Of a stretch of DNA of 64,000 nt, positions 35,803-46,393 are shown piece by piece. The number at the start of each line of letters is the position of its first letter. Within the stretch, counting starts at the first letter, position 1. Both the position numbers and the translations under genes were made by a program. Under the pieces are notes generated by a model. The model saw nothing but the letters and a program-made list of their open reading frames with translations. It did no database searches and had not been told where the DNA came from. Origin of the DNA: Candidatus Acidiferrales bacterium (GTDB lineage: Bacteria > Acidobacteriota > Terriglobia > Acidiferrales > UBA7541); assembly GCA_036514055.1 (NCBI GenBank), contig DATBXX010000008.1, positions 29,060 to 93,059 on the forward strand. Direction: 5' to 3'.

Positions 35803-38800
35803 CTAGAAGTTAAACCGAGCCTGCACGACCATAGTGCGCATCGCTCCGGCACTCGATACGCGGCCGAACAGCGAGAAGCCGGATCCGGTTCCGTTTCCCG
35901 TGCCGCAGACGATGCCGGACGCATTGCCGGTTCCGGATCCAGTTCCCGCCGCGCCGAAACAAGGCAGCGTGGTTCCGATGCCCGTATACGAGGGCGTGTT
36001 CGTAAGATTCGTGATCTGCCAACTCAGGTTCAGATTATGGCGGCGGTCCGGACCGAATCGAATCGTCTTCGCCAGAGACGCATTCCAATTAAACTGGCAA
36101 GGCCCCTCCACAGCACCGCGAGGCTCATCGCCGTAGGCCAAATTCCCATTTGCGTCGGTCGGCAGTGTGAACACGCCTGCTTTGAAGAACGCCGCCGGAG
36201 AGCCGCCGCACAGCCCTTTGTTCGGATCGCCTGTCAGGTCGGGACGCAGAGAGAAATTCGCGCCAGTGCCGTTGTCGGACGCAACGCCGCCCAGCAGGAC
36301 AGTGAATGGCGTGCCAGTCTGCCAGGTGAAAATATTCTGAACCCGCCAATCGCCGAAGACGTGCTCCTTCCAGCCGTGATTGGCCCAGCGGCTTCTCTGG
36401 CCAAAGGGGAGTTCCCACGTCGATACTGCGCGGAACTGGTCACGAATGTCGAAGGTGGACAGGCCGTACTCGCCATGGAGATTGCCGTCCTGCTGCTCGA
36501 CCGTACCGGTTCCGCCACCGATCGAACTGGAATCATCGAGCGATTTCCCATAGGTGTAGATTGCCTGCAACAAGACTCCGTGGGTGAAACGATGAACCAA
36601 GCGAACCTGTAGAGCGTTGTAAATGGAATTCGCGCCCGACTGATCGTACGTGAAACCCGTAGCATTCGGGTCAATACGATTCGCTTGAATCTCGTCGGAA
36701 GGAGTGCCGAGCGGGGCGCGGTTGGGCGCACGCAGGACGTCGAGATCGGTACCTTTGGTGCCTGTGTAGGTGAGATCTAGAATCCAACTGGGCGACAATG
36801 TGGTTTCCGTGCCGAGACTCCAGATCTGCGCGTAACCGTTCTTGTAGTTCGGATCGACCGACTCGGTATTCGGAATGAAGCCGCTGCTTACCGTAGACGA
36901 CGGAAAACCATTCTGCAGGGTGAGCGGCGCGGTCGAGGTGGTGGTCAAGGTCTGAACGGTTGAAACCGGCGACTGATACGCCAGTTCGCGCGCGAGCGTG
37001 TTGTATATTGCCTCGTTGTAGAAGATCGAATAGCCGCCACGGACAACGGTCTTGGGCTTGACGAACTTCGGCTGCCAGGCAAAACCGATCCGGGGCTCCA
37101 GGTTTGCGTAGTTGCCGTGAACCAGGGCACGGGGAAGACCGGGAGCCGCCAGACCGACCTGCCCGTGCGCGACGGCGACCACATCGGCGAGATTTGTAAT
37201 ATCGAGATTCACTACATTATCGTCGAGTTCAATCGGCGGCGTGACCGCTTCGTAACGCAGACCGTACTGAAAGGTGAAAGTCTTGCTGACCCGCCAATCG
37301 TCTTGCGCGAATGCTGCAACGCCCCAACTGCGCAGGTAGAGGTTCGGATCTCCGAATTGCGCCGTCGTGTTGAACGGAAGGTCGACAAGGAAATCGGCGA
37401 AATCGTTTCCCGTAGCGATGCCAGTAAAAACAAAGCCGCCCCGCGGATTCGGATTGGAATCCGTGTTGAGTTGAATGCGGCGAATTTCGCCGCCGAACGT
37501 CATCGTGTGTTTCACATGCGTCCAGGTAAGCGTGTCGGATAGTCGCAGCGTCTGATTGCGGACCCGGGATGGGATCGGATCGCTCAAACCCGAAAAGTTT
37601 GTGAAATTGATGAGCGGGATTCCGAAATCGATCGGCGAAACGGACACGCCCGTGATCCCCAGGTTCGCGGCAATGTCCGTACCGAACGAATTGTCGCTGA
37701 GCAACTGGATGCGGCTGCGACTCCAATTCAGGTGAAGGTTCTCGACCAGACGCGGCGACCAATTGTGAGACAGGCCGAGGTCCACGCTCTGGTTGCGCGT
37801 GGACTGATGCCCCCCGATGCCGACAAAATTGCTGAGCGTATTGATGCGCTGGGAACTGAAGTTGTAGCCCCCATTGAGATTAAACTTCGCGTTGATGGTG
37901 TGCAGGATGTGCGTGCTGACAATGTCACTATTGAGCGGCGTAGTGGATTGCAACAGATAGTTCTGACCGGTGACGCTCGGCAGGTTCGGCAGGGGCACAA
38001 AGGCAAGCAGGCCCTGGACCGCCTTGTTCGTCTCAAATTCGCTAGTTGGAATCTGCTGGCAGCCCGGGGGCCCAGACGGAAACGGAACGGTCGTGAACGG
38101 CTCAAAGATTGCGGCGGTCCCACAGAACAGTCCACCGCGCTCGGCAAGCGTCGGCACGGTCGAGAACGAGTTAACCGGATTCTTGGCGGTTTCGTGTTGG
38201 TAGTTCACAAAAAAGTAGGTCTTGTCGCTGCCGTTGTAGATGTGCGGAATTTTCAGCGGGCCGCCGACACTGCCGCCTGCGCGCTCGTCGTAGCTGCCAA
38301 TCTGGGGATACTTCGCGCCGGTGATCGAGTATGGTTTCGCATCCAGCGCCGAGTTCGTGTAACGCTCAAACAGCGTAAATCGCACGCGGTTCACCGTCTG
38401 TCTCAGTAATCTGCCGCCCTGCGCCCCATTGGGTCCGCCTCCACGACCTCCGCCGAAGCCACCGCCACCGAACAGGGCGCCCCCCTGCTGCCCAAAACCA
38501 CCGCCTGGGCCACCACCGGCCCCCCCGGGGCCGCCTGCGCCGCCAAAGCCTGCAAAGCTCGGCCCTCCGAAACCGGCCATGCCGCCTGAACCCTGCCCTT
38601 GGCCGGCAAATCCGCCCGGACCGCCGGACGCCAGGCCCTGGCCGACCGTACCTTGCAATAGGAACGAATCCGAGGACGAACCTGAGCCGGAGGAAAGTCC
38701 CATGGCTGGCTGTGGGCCTCCTCCGGTGGCTTCTTCGCCCTGCCCAGCCGCTGCCTCACCGGTTAAATCGGTTTGCTGGAAGCCGCCGTCACGAACCGCA

Positions 38801-39381
38801 TTCAGCAAGCCTGGCGGGAGCTGCTGTCCTCGCCCGCCTCTGCCGCGTGTGCCGGGCGCCGAGCCCTGACCCGGGGCTTGGTTCGCATGCCTGGCGGGCG
38901 GTGCCGAGGGTCCTGAAGGCGCGGCGAGTTCGGCGAGCGTGCCGACCCTAAGCACAAACTGCAGTGGCGGAGGTGTGGGGCCGCCGCCAAGCTCGATGTT
39001 TAATGATGCAGACACGAATCCGAGCTGAGAGGCCTCGACCGTGTAGTGCCCGGGTGGAAGGGCCGGAAATTCAAACTTCCCGGACTCGTCGGTCCAACTG
39101 ACAAACGATTTCCGTGTGTCGGTATTAACCAGGCGCAGCGTGGCTCCCGGCACCGGAGCGCCGTCGGCGGTATGCACAACTCCGGATGCCACTGCGGTTG
39201 CAGTGCCGGTGGTCGCCGGTGCCTGGCCAGCGGCCGGCGGAGCGGGCTCCTGCACGGGCGTCTGCGTCGGGCTCTGCTGCGCCAGGCTAAATGACGGCAC
39301 GGGACCCGCCAGGACCACGGCGAACAGGCACAGAGCCTTCGCGCGGGCAGCCCGCGGATAGATTGGCCTATGCAACACCAT
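35803..39381 (-). CDS. TonB-dependent receptor-like protein with a CarboxypepD_reg domain and a roughly 200-aa Gly-rich linker
   Basis: Signal peptide. GVVHTADGAPVPGATLRLVNTDTRKSF...GKFEFPALPPGHYTVEASQLGF. Low-complexity stretch GGPGGFAGQGQGSGGMAGFGGPSFAGFGGAGGPGGAGGGPGGGFGQQGG.... C-terminal ..QARFNF. Confidence 0.85.
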   Translation of the reverse strand: MVLHRPIYPRAARAKALCLFAVVLAGPVPSFSLAQQSPTQTPVQEPAPPAAGQAPATTGTATAVASGVVHTADGAPVPGATLRLVNTDTRKSFVSWTDESGKFEFPALPPGHYTVEASQLGFVSASLNIELGGGPTPPPLQFVLRVGTLAELAAPSGPSAPPARHANQAPGQGSAPGTRGRGGRGQQLPPGLLNAVRDGGFQQTDLTGEAAAGQGEEATGGGPQPAMGLSSGSGSSSDSFLLQGTVGQGLASGGPGGFAGQGQGSGGMAGFGGPSFAGFGGAGGPGGAGGGPGGGFGQQGGALFGGGGFGGGRGGGPNGAQGGRLLRQTVNRVRFTLFERYTNSALDAKPYSITGAKYPQIGSYDERAGGSVGGPLKIPHIYNGSDKTYFFVNYQHETAKNPVNSFSTVPTLAERGGLFCGTAAIFEPFTTVPFPSGPPGCQQIPTSEFETNKAVQGLLAFVPLPNLPSVTGQNYLLQSTTPLNSDIVSTHILHTINAKFNLNGGYNFSSQRINTLSNFVGIGGHQSTRNQSVDLGLSHNWSPRLVENLHLNWSRSRIQLLSDNSFGTDIAANLGITGVSVSPIDFGIPLINFTNFSGLSDPIPSRVRNQTLRLSDTLTWTHVKHTMTFGGEIRRIQLNTDSNPNPRGGFVFTGIATGNDFADFLVDLPFNTTAQFGDPNLYLRSWGVAAFAQDDWRVSKTFTFQYGLRYEAVTPPIELDDNVVNLDITNLADVVAVAHGQVGLAAPGLPRALVHGNYANLEPRIGFAWQPKFVKPKTVVRGGYSIFYNEAIYNTLARELAYQSPVSTVQTLTTTSTAPLTLQNGFPSSTVSSGFIPNTESVDPNYKNGYAQIWSLGTETTLSPSWILDLTYTGTKGTDLDVLRAPNRAPLGTPSDEIQANRIDPNATGFTYDQSGANSIYNALQVRLVHRFTHGVLLQAIYTYGKSLDDSSSIGGGTGTVEQQDGNLHGEYGLSTFDIRDQFRAVSTWELPFGQRSRWANHGWKEHVFGDWRVQNIFTWQTGTPFTVLLGGVASDNGTGANFSLRPDLTGDPNKGLCGGSPAAFFKAGVFTLPTDANGNLAYGDEPRGAVEGPCQFNWNASLAKTIRFGPDRRHNLNLSWQITNLTNTPSYTGIGTTLPCFGAAGTGSGTGNASGIVCGTGNGTGSGFSLFGRVSSAGAMRTMVVQARFNF

Positions 39382-39449
39382 TCCCTCAGCTTACGGAATT
39401 CGCGCGTGACTGCAATAAATCTCTTCCGCGGTGTCGCACGGCAACGGGT

Positions 39450-40274
39450 CTACCCACCCGACTGGGCAGGGTCGTAGACGAGTCGGAAGGTGACCGGATT
39501 TTTGAAGCGCGGATTATCAATTTTCGTGGTCACGTAAAGTTGCTTGCTATCGGGAGACAATTCATAGGTTCGCGTGGTGCTGCCTTGGCGTCGGCCCGGC
39601 GTCACAGCGACCAGCTGCGTGCCCTGCCACTGCGCGACAGGCGGCGTGCTGGAGCTGTCGGCGCTTGAACCGTTTGAATCACTCGATGTTGGGCTCGTCT
39701 GCGAACTTGCGGACGGGCCAGGTGAATTCGGTTTCGACGAATCTTCTGATGTATACATCGCCAGCACTTCGCCTGATTCTCCGGTAACCTTCGCCGACGT
39801 TGCCGTCTGTTCAATCGTGAGCTGCGAAAGGTTGTTCGCCTGGTTGCCGGAGCCGTTCTGTCCGCGCCTGCCGCCTCCGCCGGTGCCTCCCATGCCACCG
39901 CGTTGTCCTCCCCAACCGCCACCGCCGCCCACGCCTCCGCCCATACCGCCACGGCCCCCGTTGCTGTTGGCGTTGGAATTCCCAGCCTGTTGCATGGCGG
40001 CGCGAGGGTCGTCGCTTTCATCCTTGTTCAAAGTCCAAGTGCCGGAGAGGTTGGGCTTGCCACCGATCAGCGCGCTGGCGGCAGATCGGGACGAAGCCGG
40101 AGGTTGATCAGAAGGCGTAGCCGCCGGCAAAGGACCCGCGCCTGCGGTCTGCGCGCCGGCACGCGTCGCAGGAAGCAACAGCGCAGCCGCGGCGAAAGCG
40201 GCGAGAATGAACCACCACAAAAATAACTCGGAGAGGCTCTGGTTTTTCCTGTCGTCGAGCGCTGTTGTCGTCAT
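39450..40274 (-). CDS. Secreted hypothetical protein with a GTW module and a Gly/Arg-rich insert
   Basis: TM/signal segment LFLWWFILAAFAAAALLLPA, then LSGTWTLNKDESDDP (similar to the 3706 protein), then GGRGGMGGGVGGGGGWGGQRGGMGGTGGGGRRG. It lies 68 nt upstream of the TBDR-like gene. Confidence 0.7.
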   Translation of the reverse strand: MTTTALDDRKNQSLSELFLWWFILAAFAAAALLLPATRAGAQTAGAGPLPAATPSDQPPASSRSAASALIGGKPNLSGTWTLNKDESDDPRAAMQQAGNSNANSNGGRGGMGGGVGGGGGWGGQRGGMGGTGGGGRRGQNGSGNQANNLSQLTIEQTATSAKVTGESGEVLAMYTSEDSSKPNSPGPSASSQTSPTSSDSNGSSADSSSTPPVAQWQGTQLVAVTPGRRQGSTTRTYELSPDSKQLYVTTKIDNPRFKNPVTFRLVYDPAQSGG

Positions 40275-40606
40275 CGTTTACCTCCTGCGCAGCGAGCCTG
40301 CCAGATTCGGTGCGGGGGTGTCTCACGCACGGACTCATGGACATCGCCGCACACTGATGATTCCTTTCAGGGCACGCGATAGTTCCAAAAGCTAAGGGAA
40401 GGCTTTTGAGTCCGTCGCGTCCTCTTGTATGATGCCATTCAGCATGCTTCTTTTCACACGACGACCGTGCGACACACGTCCGCGTCACCCGCGGGGCTAA
40501 CCCCGACGCGCCCCCGCGTGCGGGAACGCGAATAACAGCGCACTGGAATCCGGAAATCTTCCCAACGAAGCAGCCCGAATCAACGCAGGAAAGGCGAGGG
40601 GGTTAA

Positions 40607-41443
40607 ATGGCACACACTGGGAACCGAATGCGATTGGCTGTGCTGGGTGCAGGAAAAATGGGTGGCATTCTGATCGAGGCGTTTGTGAAGCAGGGTCTGG
40701 TTTCACCCGAGAATATCTTCGCGACCGTGCAGCACCCCGCGGCCGAGAGCAAAAGCGGAGCAAAACTGCCCGTTTCGGTAAGCAACAACAACCGCGCCGC
40801 CGTGAAACGGGCGGACGTCGTTTTTCTATGTGTGAAGCCGCAGACCGTGGGCCAGGTCGTGGACGAAATACGGGGTGAGTTGAACGACAAGAAGTTGCTG
40901 ATTTCGATTGCGGCTTCGGTGTCGGCCGAATACATCGAGCGCCGGCTGCGGGGGAAAGTTCCCGTGATTCGAGCAATGCCCAACACTCCGTCAGTGGTTG
41001 GGGCCGGCATTACTGCAATTGCAGCCGGGAAATTCGCCGGACCAAAAGATGTGGAGACGGCGCGGAGACTTTTTGATGCCGTGGGCAAGACCGTAGCCGT
41101 CGACGAAAAGCACATGGATGCGGTTACGGGGCTGTCCGCAAGCGGGCCGGCATTTATTTACATCATTCTGGAATCCCTGGCCGAAGGAGGCGTAAAGGTG
41201 GGGCTTTCGCGGGAACTCGCGACCCTTCTCGCGGCGCAGATGACCTTGGGAGCGGCGAAAATGGTGATCGAGACCGGGCATCATCCCGCGCTGCTGAAAG
41301 ACACGGTGACGACCCCGGCGGGCTGCACGATTGACGGTATCCTCGAACTTGAGGAGGGCGGTCTGCGCGTCACCCTGATTAAGGCCGTCGTCAAGGCGGC
41401 CGAGCGCGCCAAGGAATTGCTGGTCACCGACGAAAGCAGGTAG
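40607..41443 (+). CDS. proC: Pyrroline-5-carboxylate reductase
   Basis: RLAVLGAGKMGGILIEAF (NADP-binding), RAMPNTP, and SASGPAFIYIILESLAEGGVKVGL. GAGGGGG Shine-Dalgarno upstream. Confidence 0.9.
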   Translation: MAHTGNRMRLAVLGAGKMGGILIEAFVKQGLVSPENIFATVQHPAAESKSGAKLPVSVSNNNRAAVKRADVVFLCVKPQTVGQVVDEIRGELNDKKLLISIAASVSAEYIERRLRGKVPVIRAMPNTPSVVGAGITAIAAGKFAGPKDVETARRLFDAVGKTVAVDEKHMDAVTGLSASGPAFIYIILESLAEGGVKVGLSRELATLLAAQMTLGAAKMVIETGHHPALLKDTVTTPAGCTIDGILELEEGGLRVTLIKAVVKAAERAKELLVTDESR

Positions 41444-41457
41444 CGGCCAGGGACGCG

Positions 41458-41664
41458 CTACTTCATCAAGAGTACGTTCACCGCTTTGACGACCACTTCG
41501 ACTTTGTCGCCCTTCTTGACGCGAAGTTCCTTCAGCGATTCCAGCGTCATCACCGAGGCCATGCGCGCGGATGCGGGAATAACGACCTTCACCAGACACA
41601 TCACGCCGCCCTTCTTGATCTCCGTCACTTTGCCAACGATTCGATTGCGTGCTCCTACTTTCAT
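41458..41664 (-). CDS. TOBE/Mop-type molybdate-binding domain protein
   Basis: NRIVGKVTEIKKGGVMCLVKVVI...DKVEVVVKAVNVLL matches the Mop/TOBE fold. Start set at the ATG preceded by AGGGAG. Confidence 0.75.
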   Translation of the reverse strand: MKVGARNRIVGKVTEIKKGGVMCLVKVVIPASARMASVMTLESLKELRVKKGDKVEVVVKAVNVLLMK

Positions 41665-41908
41665 GTTTTGCTCCCTGGACAACCGATCCTGCCTTTTCCA
41701 GTATCTGCGCGGTCTCGACAGATTGCTATCACCGAGTGGCTTTCATCCTCCGCTGCGATCAAAAGACGGGGCTTCCCGGGCTCAAGCCAGTTAGCGACAC
41801 CTCGAAACGCTCGCGTTCGCTTTGCGTCCGCATGGCCCACCGCGTTTCTCCGCACAGGGCGAAAACGGTTGCTTTGCGCCCAGCGGTCGATGCGGCTAGG
41901 ATAGAGAG

Positions 41909-42718
41909 ATGGAGATTGATCGCAAGGATTTTCTGGACAGCTTGGGAGGCGCCGAGGGCGTCAAGCGAATGGACTCTGAAGCGCGCGCCGACGCGCTCGA
42001 GCACCGGATGATGGCTGAACTGAACGACGCCCTGAATGGGAAGAAATACCCGACCGCGGCGGAAGTCGAGGCGCAGATCGAGACGCGCCCGTACCGTGCA
42101 GGAGCCGGTTTCTTGATCGTTCCGCGTTCCGGCGGCAACGTAAAAAGGCTTCCGCCAATGCCCGCCAATCCCTCCCTGCAGGACTACTTCCGGCTGCGTT
42201 TTGCTGACACCGCCAATCATGTTTTGCAGAGCGCCAACCTGGCGATGAAGAACGGCATGTCGGAAGAGATCATCCTTGCGTGCCTGCTCCACGATGTAGT
42301 GCAGGAAATCATGCGGACCGACCATGGGTGGTGGGGAGCGCAACTGTTCGAGCCCTACGTCTCAGAGAAGGTGGCCTTTGCGATTCGTTATCACCAGGCA
42401 TTGCGATACTATGCGGATCCTTCCGTGGGTTACGAATACCCTGATCTTTATCGCGAGTTATTCGGTTCCGATTATGTGCCGCCGCCCTATATCGAAGCGA
42501 CCTACCAGATGGTTCGCAAGCACCGGTGGTACATGGAGCCGCGCATGGTCGCCGTGAACGATTTGTACGCGTTCGATCCAAAAGTGGTCGTGACCATCGA
42601 GCCGTTCCTGGACATTCTCGGGCGCCATTTCAAACAGCCCAAGGAAGGTCTGGGAAACGATGGTAGTCCCGTCGCTCACATGTGGCGCACCATCGCCAGA
42701 CCAGACCAGCCGCTATAG
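41909..42718 (+). CDS. HD-domain-like metal-dependent protein (function uncertain)
   Basis: ILACLLHDVVQEI and IRYHQALRYY suggest His/Asp metal-ligand motifs of the HD/MIOX-like fold. Confidence 0.5.
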   Translation: MEIDRKDFLDSLGGAEGVKRMDSEARADALEHRMMAELNDALNGKKYPTAAEVEAQIETRPYRAGAGFLIVPRSGGNVKRLPPMPANPSLQDYFRLRFADTANHVLQSANLAMKNGMSEEIILACLLHDVVQEIMRTDHGWWGAQLFEPYVSEKVAFAIRYHQALRYYADPSVGYEYPDLYRELFGSDYVPPPYIEATYQMVRKHRWYMEPRMVAVNDLYAFDPKVVVTIEPFLDILGRHFKQPKEGLGNDGSPVAHMWRTIARPDQPL

Positions 42719-43124
42719 CTGAGTCCTCGAAGGATTTTGGCTCAGGAACGATTCCTCGAGGATTTACCGGAGCCGCAAAAGGTACATCCCGCCTGTGTGA
42801 CGTACCACCGGAGCTCGCCTGCGTCCTCGGCCTGCTACAAGCAGGCCTGATGAGACAGATACTGTCGGAACACCCCTGTTCTTGAAAGGTTTTTCAAGCC
42901 GTTCCCTGGTTCGGCATTCGCTTTTTCCCTCGCGCCTCATGCAAAACAAAACGATGAAAATCGGATTGAAACAAACTGAATGGGGTCGATAGATTTAATG
43001 AATTTGACGATACCATCCGGGCCCTGTACTTTGAGCGCAGTTCGAACCAACACTGTTGTTTTCTGTTTTACGAGACTAGGGCCGGGCAATTGAATAATCC
43101 CAAATCACAGGACCGCCAAAAACC

Positions 43125-44165
43125 ATGACAAAATACAAACTGGAATACATCTGGCTCGACGGCAAAACGCCGGTTCCTGAACTGCGCGGCAAAACTCAAA
43201 TAAAGACTTTCGACCAGCCGCCTGCCCTTGCCGATCTGCCCCTGTGGGGGTTTGACGGCAGCTCCACCATGCAGGCCGAGGGTAAAAGCTCTGACTGCGT
43301 GCTGAAGCCGGTGGCTCTATATCCGGATGCAAGCCGCAAGGATGCCTACATCGTTCTGAGCGAGGTCTTGCACGCCGATGGCACTCCGCACCCAAGCAAT
43401 GCACGCGCTACGATCGAGAACGACCCGGACTTGTGGGTTGGTTTCGAGCAGGAATACTTCCTGTACAAAGACGGGCGCTCTTTGGGCTTCCCGAAAGAAG
43501 GTCATCCCAGTACTCCGCAGGGCCCCTATTACTGCGGTGTTGGCTACAAGTATATGGGCAATGTGGCCCGGCAGATCGTCGAAGAACACCTGGAACTCTG
43601 CCTCGCCGCCGGGATCAATCATGAAGGCATCAACGCGGAAGTCGCCAAGGGTCAGTGGGAATTCCAGATCTTCGCCAAGGGCTCTGCCAAAGCGGCAGAT
43701 GACATGTGGACGGCTCGCTATTTGATGATGCGTCTGTGCGAAAAATACGAAGTGGACGTCGTGTTGTACTGCAAACCCATCAAGGGTGACTGGAACGGAT
43801 CTGGCATGCACACCAACTTCTCGACCAAGTATCTGCGCGATGTGGGTGGTAAGGAATACTTCGAAGAACTCATGAAGGCGTTCCAGGACAACGTCGCCGC
43901 GCACATCGCGGTGTATGGCCCGGACAACCACCTGCGTTTGACAGGCCTGCACGAAACGCAAGCCATCGACAAATTCAGCTATGGTCTGTCTGATCGTGGT
44001 GCTTCGATTCGCCTGCCTATTAACTTCATCAAGAACGGTTACAGAGGCTATCTGGAGGACCGCCGCCCGAACTCCGAAGGTGATCCCTACCAGATCGTCT
44101 CCCGTATTCTGAAGACGATTAATAGCGTCCCGAAACCTGAGGTGTCCAAGTCGGCTGTCGCCTAG
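43125..44165 (+). CDS. glnII: Glutamine synthetase type II
   Basis: MTKYKLEYIWLDG...LPLWGFDGSST, FEQEYFL, and NGSGMHTNFS. A length of 346 aa is typical of GSII. Confidence 0.85.
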   Translation: MTKYKLEYIWLDGKTPVPELRGKTQIKTFDQPPALADLPLWGFDGSSTMQAEGKSSDCVLKPVALYPDASRKDAYIVLSEVLHADGTPHPSNARATIENDPDLWVGFEQEYFLYKDGRSLGFPKEGHPSTPQGPYYCGVGYKYMGNVARQIVEEHLELCLAAGINHEGINAEVAKGQWEFQIFAKGSAKAADDMWTARYLMMRLCEKYEVDVVLYCKPIKGDWNGSGMHTNFSTKYLRDVGGKEYFEELMKAFQDNVAAHIAVYGPDNHLRLTGLHETQAIDKFSYGLSDRGASIRLPINFIKNGYRGYLEDRRPNSEGDPYQIVSRILKTINSVPKPEVSKSAVA

Positions 44166-44178
44166 CCGAGTGATGAGA

Positions 44179-44210
44179 GCGGCGGCCTGGTTTTCTGTGC
44201 CAGGCGCCGC
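44179..44210 (+). terminator. Putative terminator after the GSII gene
   Basis: GCGGCGGCCTGG-TTTTCTGTG-CCAGGCGCCGC (one bulge) followed by ATCTTCT. Confidence 0.45.
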
Positions 44211-44584
44211 ATCTTCTCCGCGATCTGTGCCGCTGTCTCCACGCAACATATTCTCCCGGTTCGACCCTTGGTCGCGCATCTTCAGGCTGAGACTCTCGTT
44301 GTAACGGTTTATCCAACCCGCGCCCGATTCAAGCCCAGATGTTCCAGCCCGGCCATTCCAGCTGAATGCGGAAACCCGGAGACGGTTTTGCGTTCCGCGA
44401 CGCCAAAAGGAGCTCGCGAACTCTCACAATTTTTTATGGCACTGGCACGCCACTGTGCTACATCTCCGGAAGGACCCGAATTGACAGCGCACTGATAACA
44501 GGTGATTTGAGTCAGCACTCGACCGATCCCGTTCGCGGTAATCGTCCAAATGGGTCCAGTTCTAAGGGTATAATCCTGCCGCAA

Positions 44585-46222
44585 ATGACACTGACCTCTG
44601 GCAATCGACTGGGGCCTTACGAAATCCTGGGTCCGCTCGGTGTGGGCGGGATGGGTGAGGTGTACCGGGCAAGAGATGCAAAGCTCGGACGCAATGTCGC
44701 ACTGAAGGTCCTGCCGGCGGCGTTCGCGCGTGATGGCGAGCGCATGGCGCGATTCGAGCGCGAGGCGAAAGTACTGGCGTCGCTGAATCATCCCAACATC
44801 GCTTCCATTTATGGCCTTGAGGATTCCGGCGCAACACACGCGTTGGTCATGGAGCTGGTCGAAGGCTTGACGCTTGCCGACCGCCTCAGGTCAGGCCCGA
44901 TCCCAATCGACGACGCGTTGCTCATCGCCAGGCAGATTTGCGAAGCGCTGGAGTACGCACACGAGCGGGGGATCGTGCATCGGGACCTAAAGCCCGCCAA
45001 TGTGAAGTTGACCAAAGACGACGCGGTAAAGGTTCTCGACTTTGGTCTGGCAAAGGCAGCCGAGGGGGATGCCGCCTCCGTCGACATCGCTACCTCACCG
45101 ACCATCGGCCAAATGGCCACGCAGGCAGGTGTCTTGCTGGGAACGCCGGCTTATATGGCCCCGGAACAGGCCCGGGGCAAGGTGGTGGACCGTCGGGCGG
45201 ACATCTGGGCGTTCGGATGTTTCCTATACGAAATGATCACGGGAAAGATGGCGTTTCGAGGCGAAACCGTGACCGACACGCTGGCAGCAGTAATTCGCTC
45301 CGAACCCGACTGGTCGGTGCTGCCGTCGACGACACCAATCCGGATTCGCGTTCTCCTGCAACGCTGCTTACTCAAGGACCCCAAGCGGCGGTTGCGCGAC
45401 ATCGGCGAAGCACGTATTGCGATCGACGAAGTTCTTGACGGCGCGCCGGATTCATCGTCTCTAGTGGGCGAAAACCCGTCTTCTTCGGCGGAGCTGCTGC
45501 GCTCCAAAATCTCCCCGCCGCACGCGCCGGATCGCAAGCGAAAAAACAACGCTGCAATATGGGTTGGCGTCGCTGTAGCGGGTCTGTTGTCGCTGGGAGG
45601 CGGATATTGGGCTCATACCGTCAGCGAACGCAATGACGCGGAGCGCACTTCTGCGATCCCCGCCCCGGTATTGCCGACGCCGGAGCCTGAAAAACCAAGC
45701 GTTGAAAAGTCCGGCGCTCAGCCGCCCGCAAAGACACCGCACCAGATTCGTCCAGCCGTGGAGCCCGGGGTCGTGAAAGCCGCGACGCCCCGCCCGGCCG
45801 CCCGGGTCGGGCCTGCACCGTCGGCTGCTAAAATTGCTGCGCTTCCATCTCCTGCCCCGCCGCCAGCTGCTGTCAGCGCGGGCTCGTACGATGGGACATA
45901 CTCCGGGCCGGTTTGTTATGGCAAAACCCCGAACGAACCGGAGCGATGCTACAGCGCCGAGGGCACGATTCGTGGCGACAAAATCACCGGCCAGTGGGCG
46001 ATCGCCGGCGACAAAGGTATCACCATGTTTATGACCGGTGACATTGCAGCGTCGGGGGACGTCCAAATCGAGATGCACAGCCAGAAGGCCGACGGCGCCC
46101 CGGTGAGTTCGATCGATCTCACAGGCACGGTTCACGACGGGCAGATCGACGCAAGCGGCCGCTTCAAGCGGGGACGCAAAGCAACGCTAAACTGGCATAA
46201 GAATTCCCGAGCCTCCGATTGA
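44585..46222 (+). CDS. Ser/Thr protein kinase with a single TM helix and an extracytoplasmic C-terminal domain
   Basis: Start at MTLTSGNRLGPYEILGPLGVGGMGEVYRARD. Kinase motifs HRDLKPANV, DFGLAK and APE. TM helix AAIWVGVAVAGLLSLGGGYWA. Confidence 0.9.
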   Translation: MTLTSGNRLGPYEILGPLGVGGMGEVYRARDAKLGRNVALKVLPAAFARDGERMARFEREAKVLASLNHPNIASIYGLEDSGATHALVMELVEGLTLADRLRSGPIPIDDALLIARQICEALEYAHERGIVHRDLKPANVKLTKDDAVKVLDFGLAKAAEGDAASVDIATSPTIGQMATQAGVLLGTPAYMAPEQARGKVVDRRADIWAFGCFLYEMITGKMAFRGETVTDTLAAVIRSEPDWSVLPSTTPIRIRVLLQRCLLKDPKRRLRDIGEARIAIDEVLDGAPDSSSLVGENPSSSAELLRSKISPPHAPDRKRKNNAAIWVGVAVAGLLSLGGGYWAHTVSERNDAERTSAIPAPVLPTPEPEKPSVEKSGAQPPAKTPHQIRPAVEPGVVKAATPRPAARVGPAPSAAKIAALPSPAPPPAAVSAGSYDGTYSGPVCYGKTPNEPERCYSAEGTIRGDKITGQWAIAGDKGITMFMTGDIAASGDVQIEMHSQKADGAPVSSIDLTGTVHDGQIDASGRFKRGRKATLNWHKNSRASD

Positions 46223-46393
46223 AAGCGAGTTGCCCCAATCATTTTCACTGCCAGGAAATCCTCGGACTTGCATTTTTGAGGAAATGACCGCGCATTCTCA
46301 CGCCGCCTGAACCCCGCGTCATGCACAAGGAAGTGATTCTGCGAATGCGGGGCTAGGTGACGCTTAGGAAAGCACCGGCCGGACGAGGGGGCA

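Noticed and set aside
41665-41908. Possible Moco riboswitch in the 240-nt leader of the Mop/TOBE gene.
   Set aside because: The conserved CUCCGAGCC-type segment that I associate with the Moco motif is absent. Only loose GGAAAAGG and AGGGAG strings are present, and the latter is the Shine-Dalgarno.
44443-44458. TGGCAC followed by TGTGC upstream of the Ser/Thr kinase gene.
   Set aside because: The GG-to-GC spacing is 11 nt rather than 10, and sigma-54 promoters do not tolerate this.
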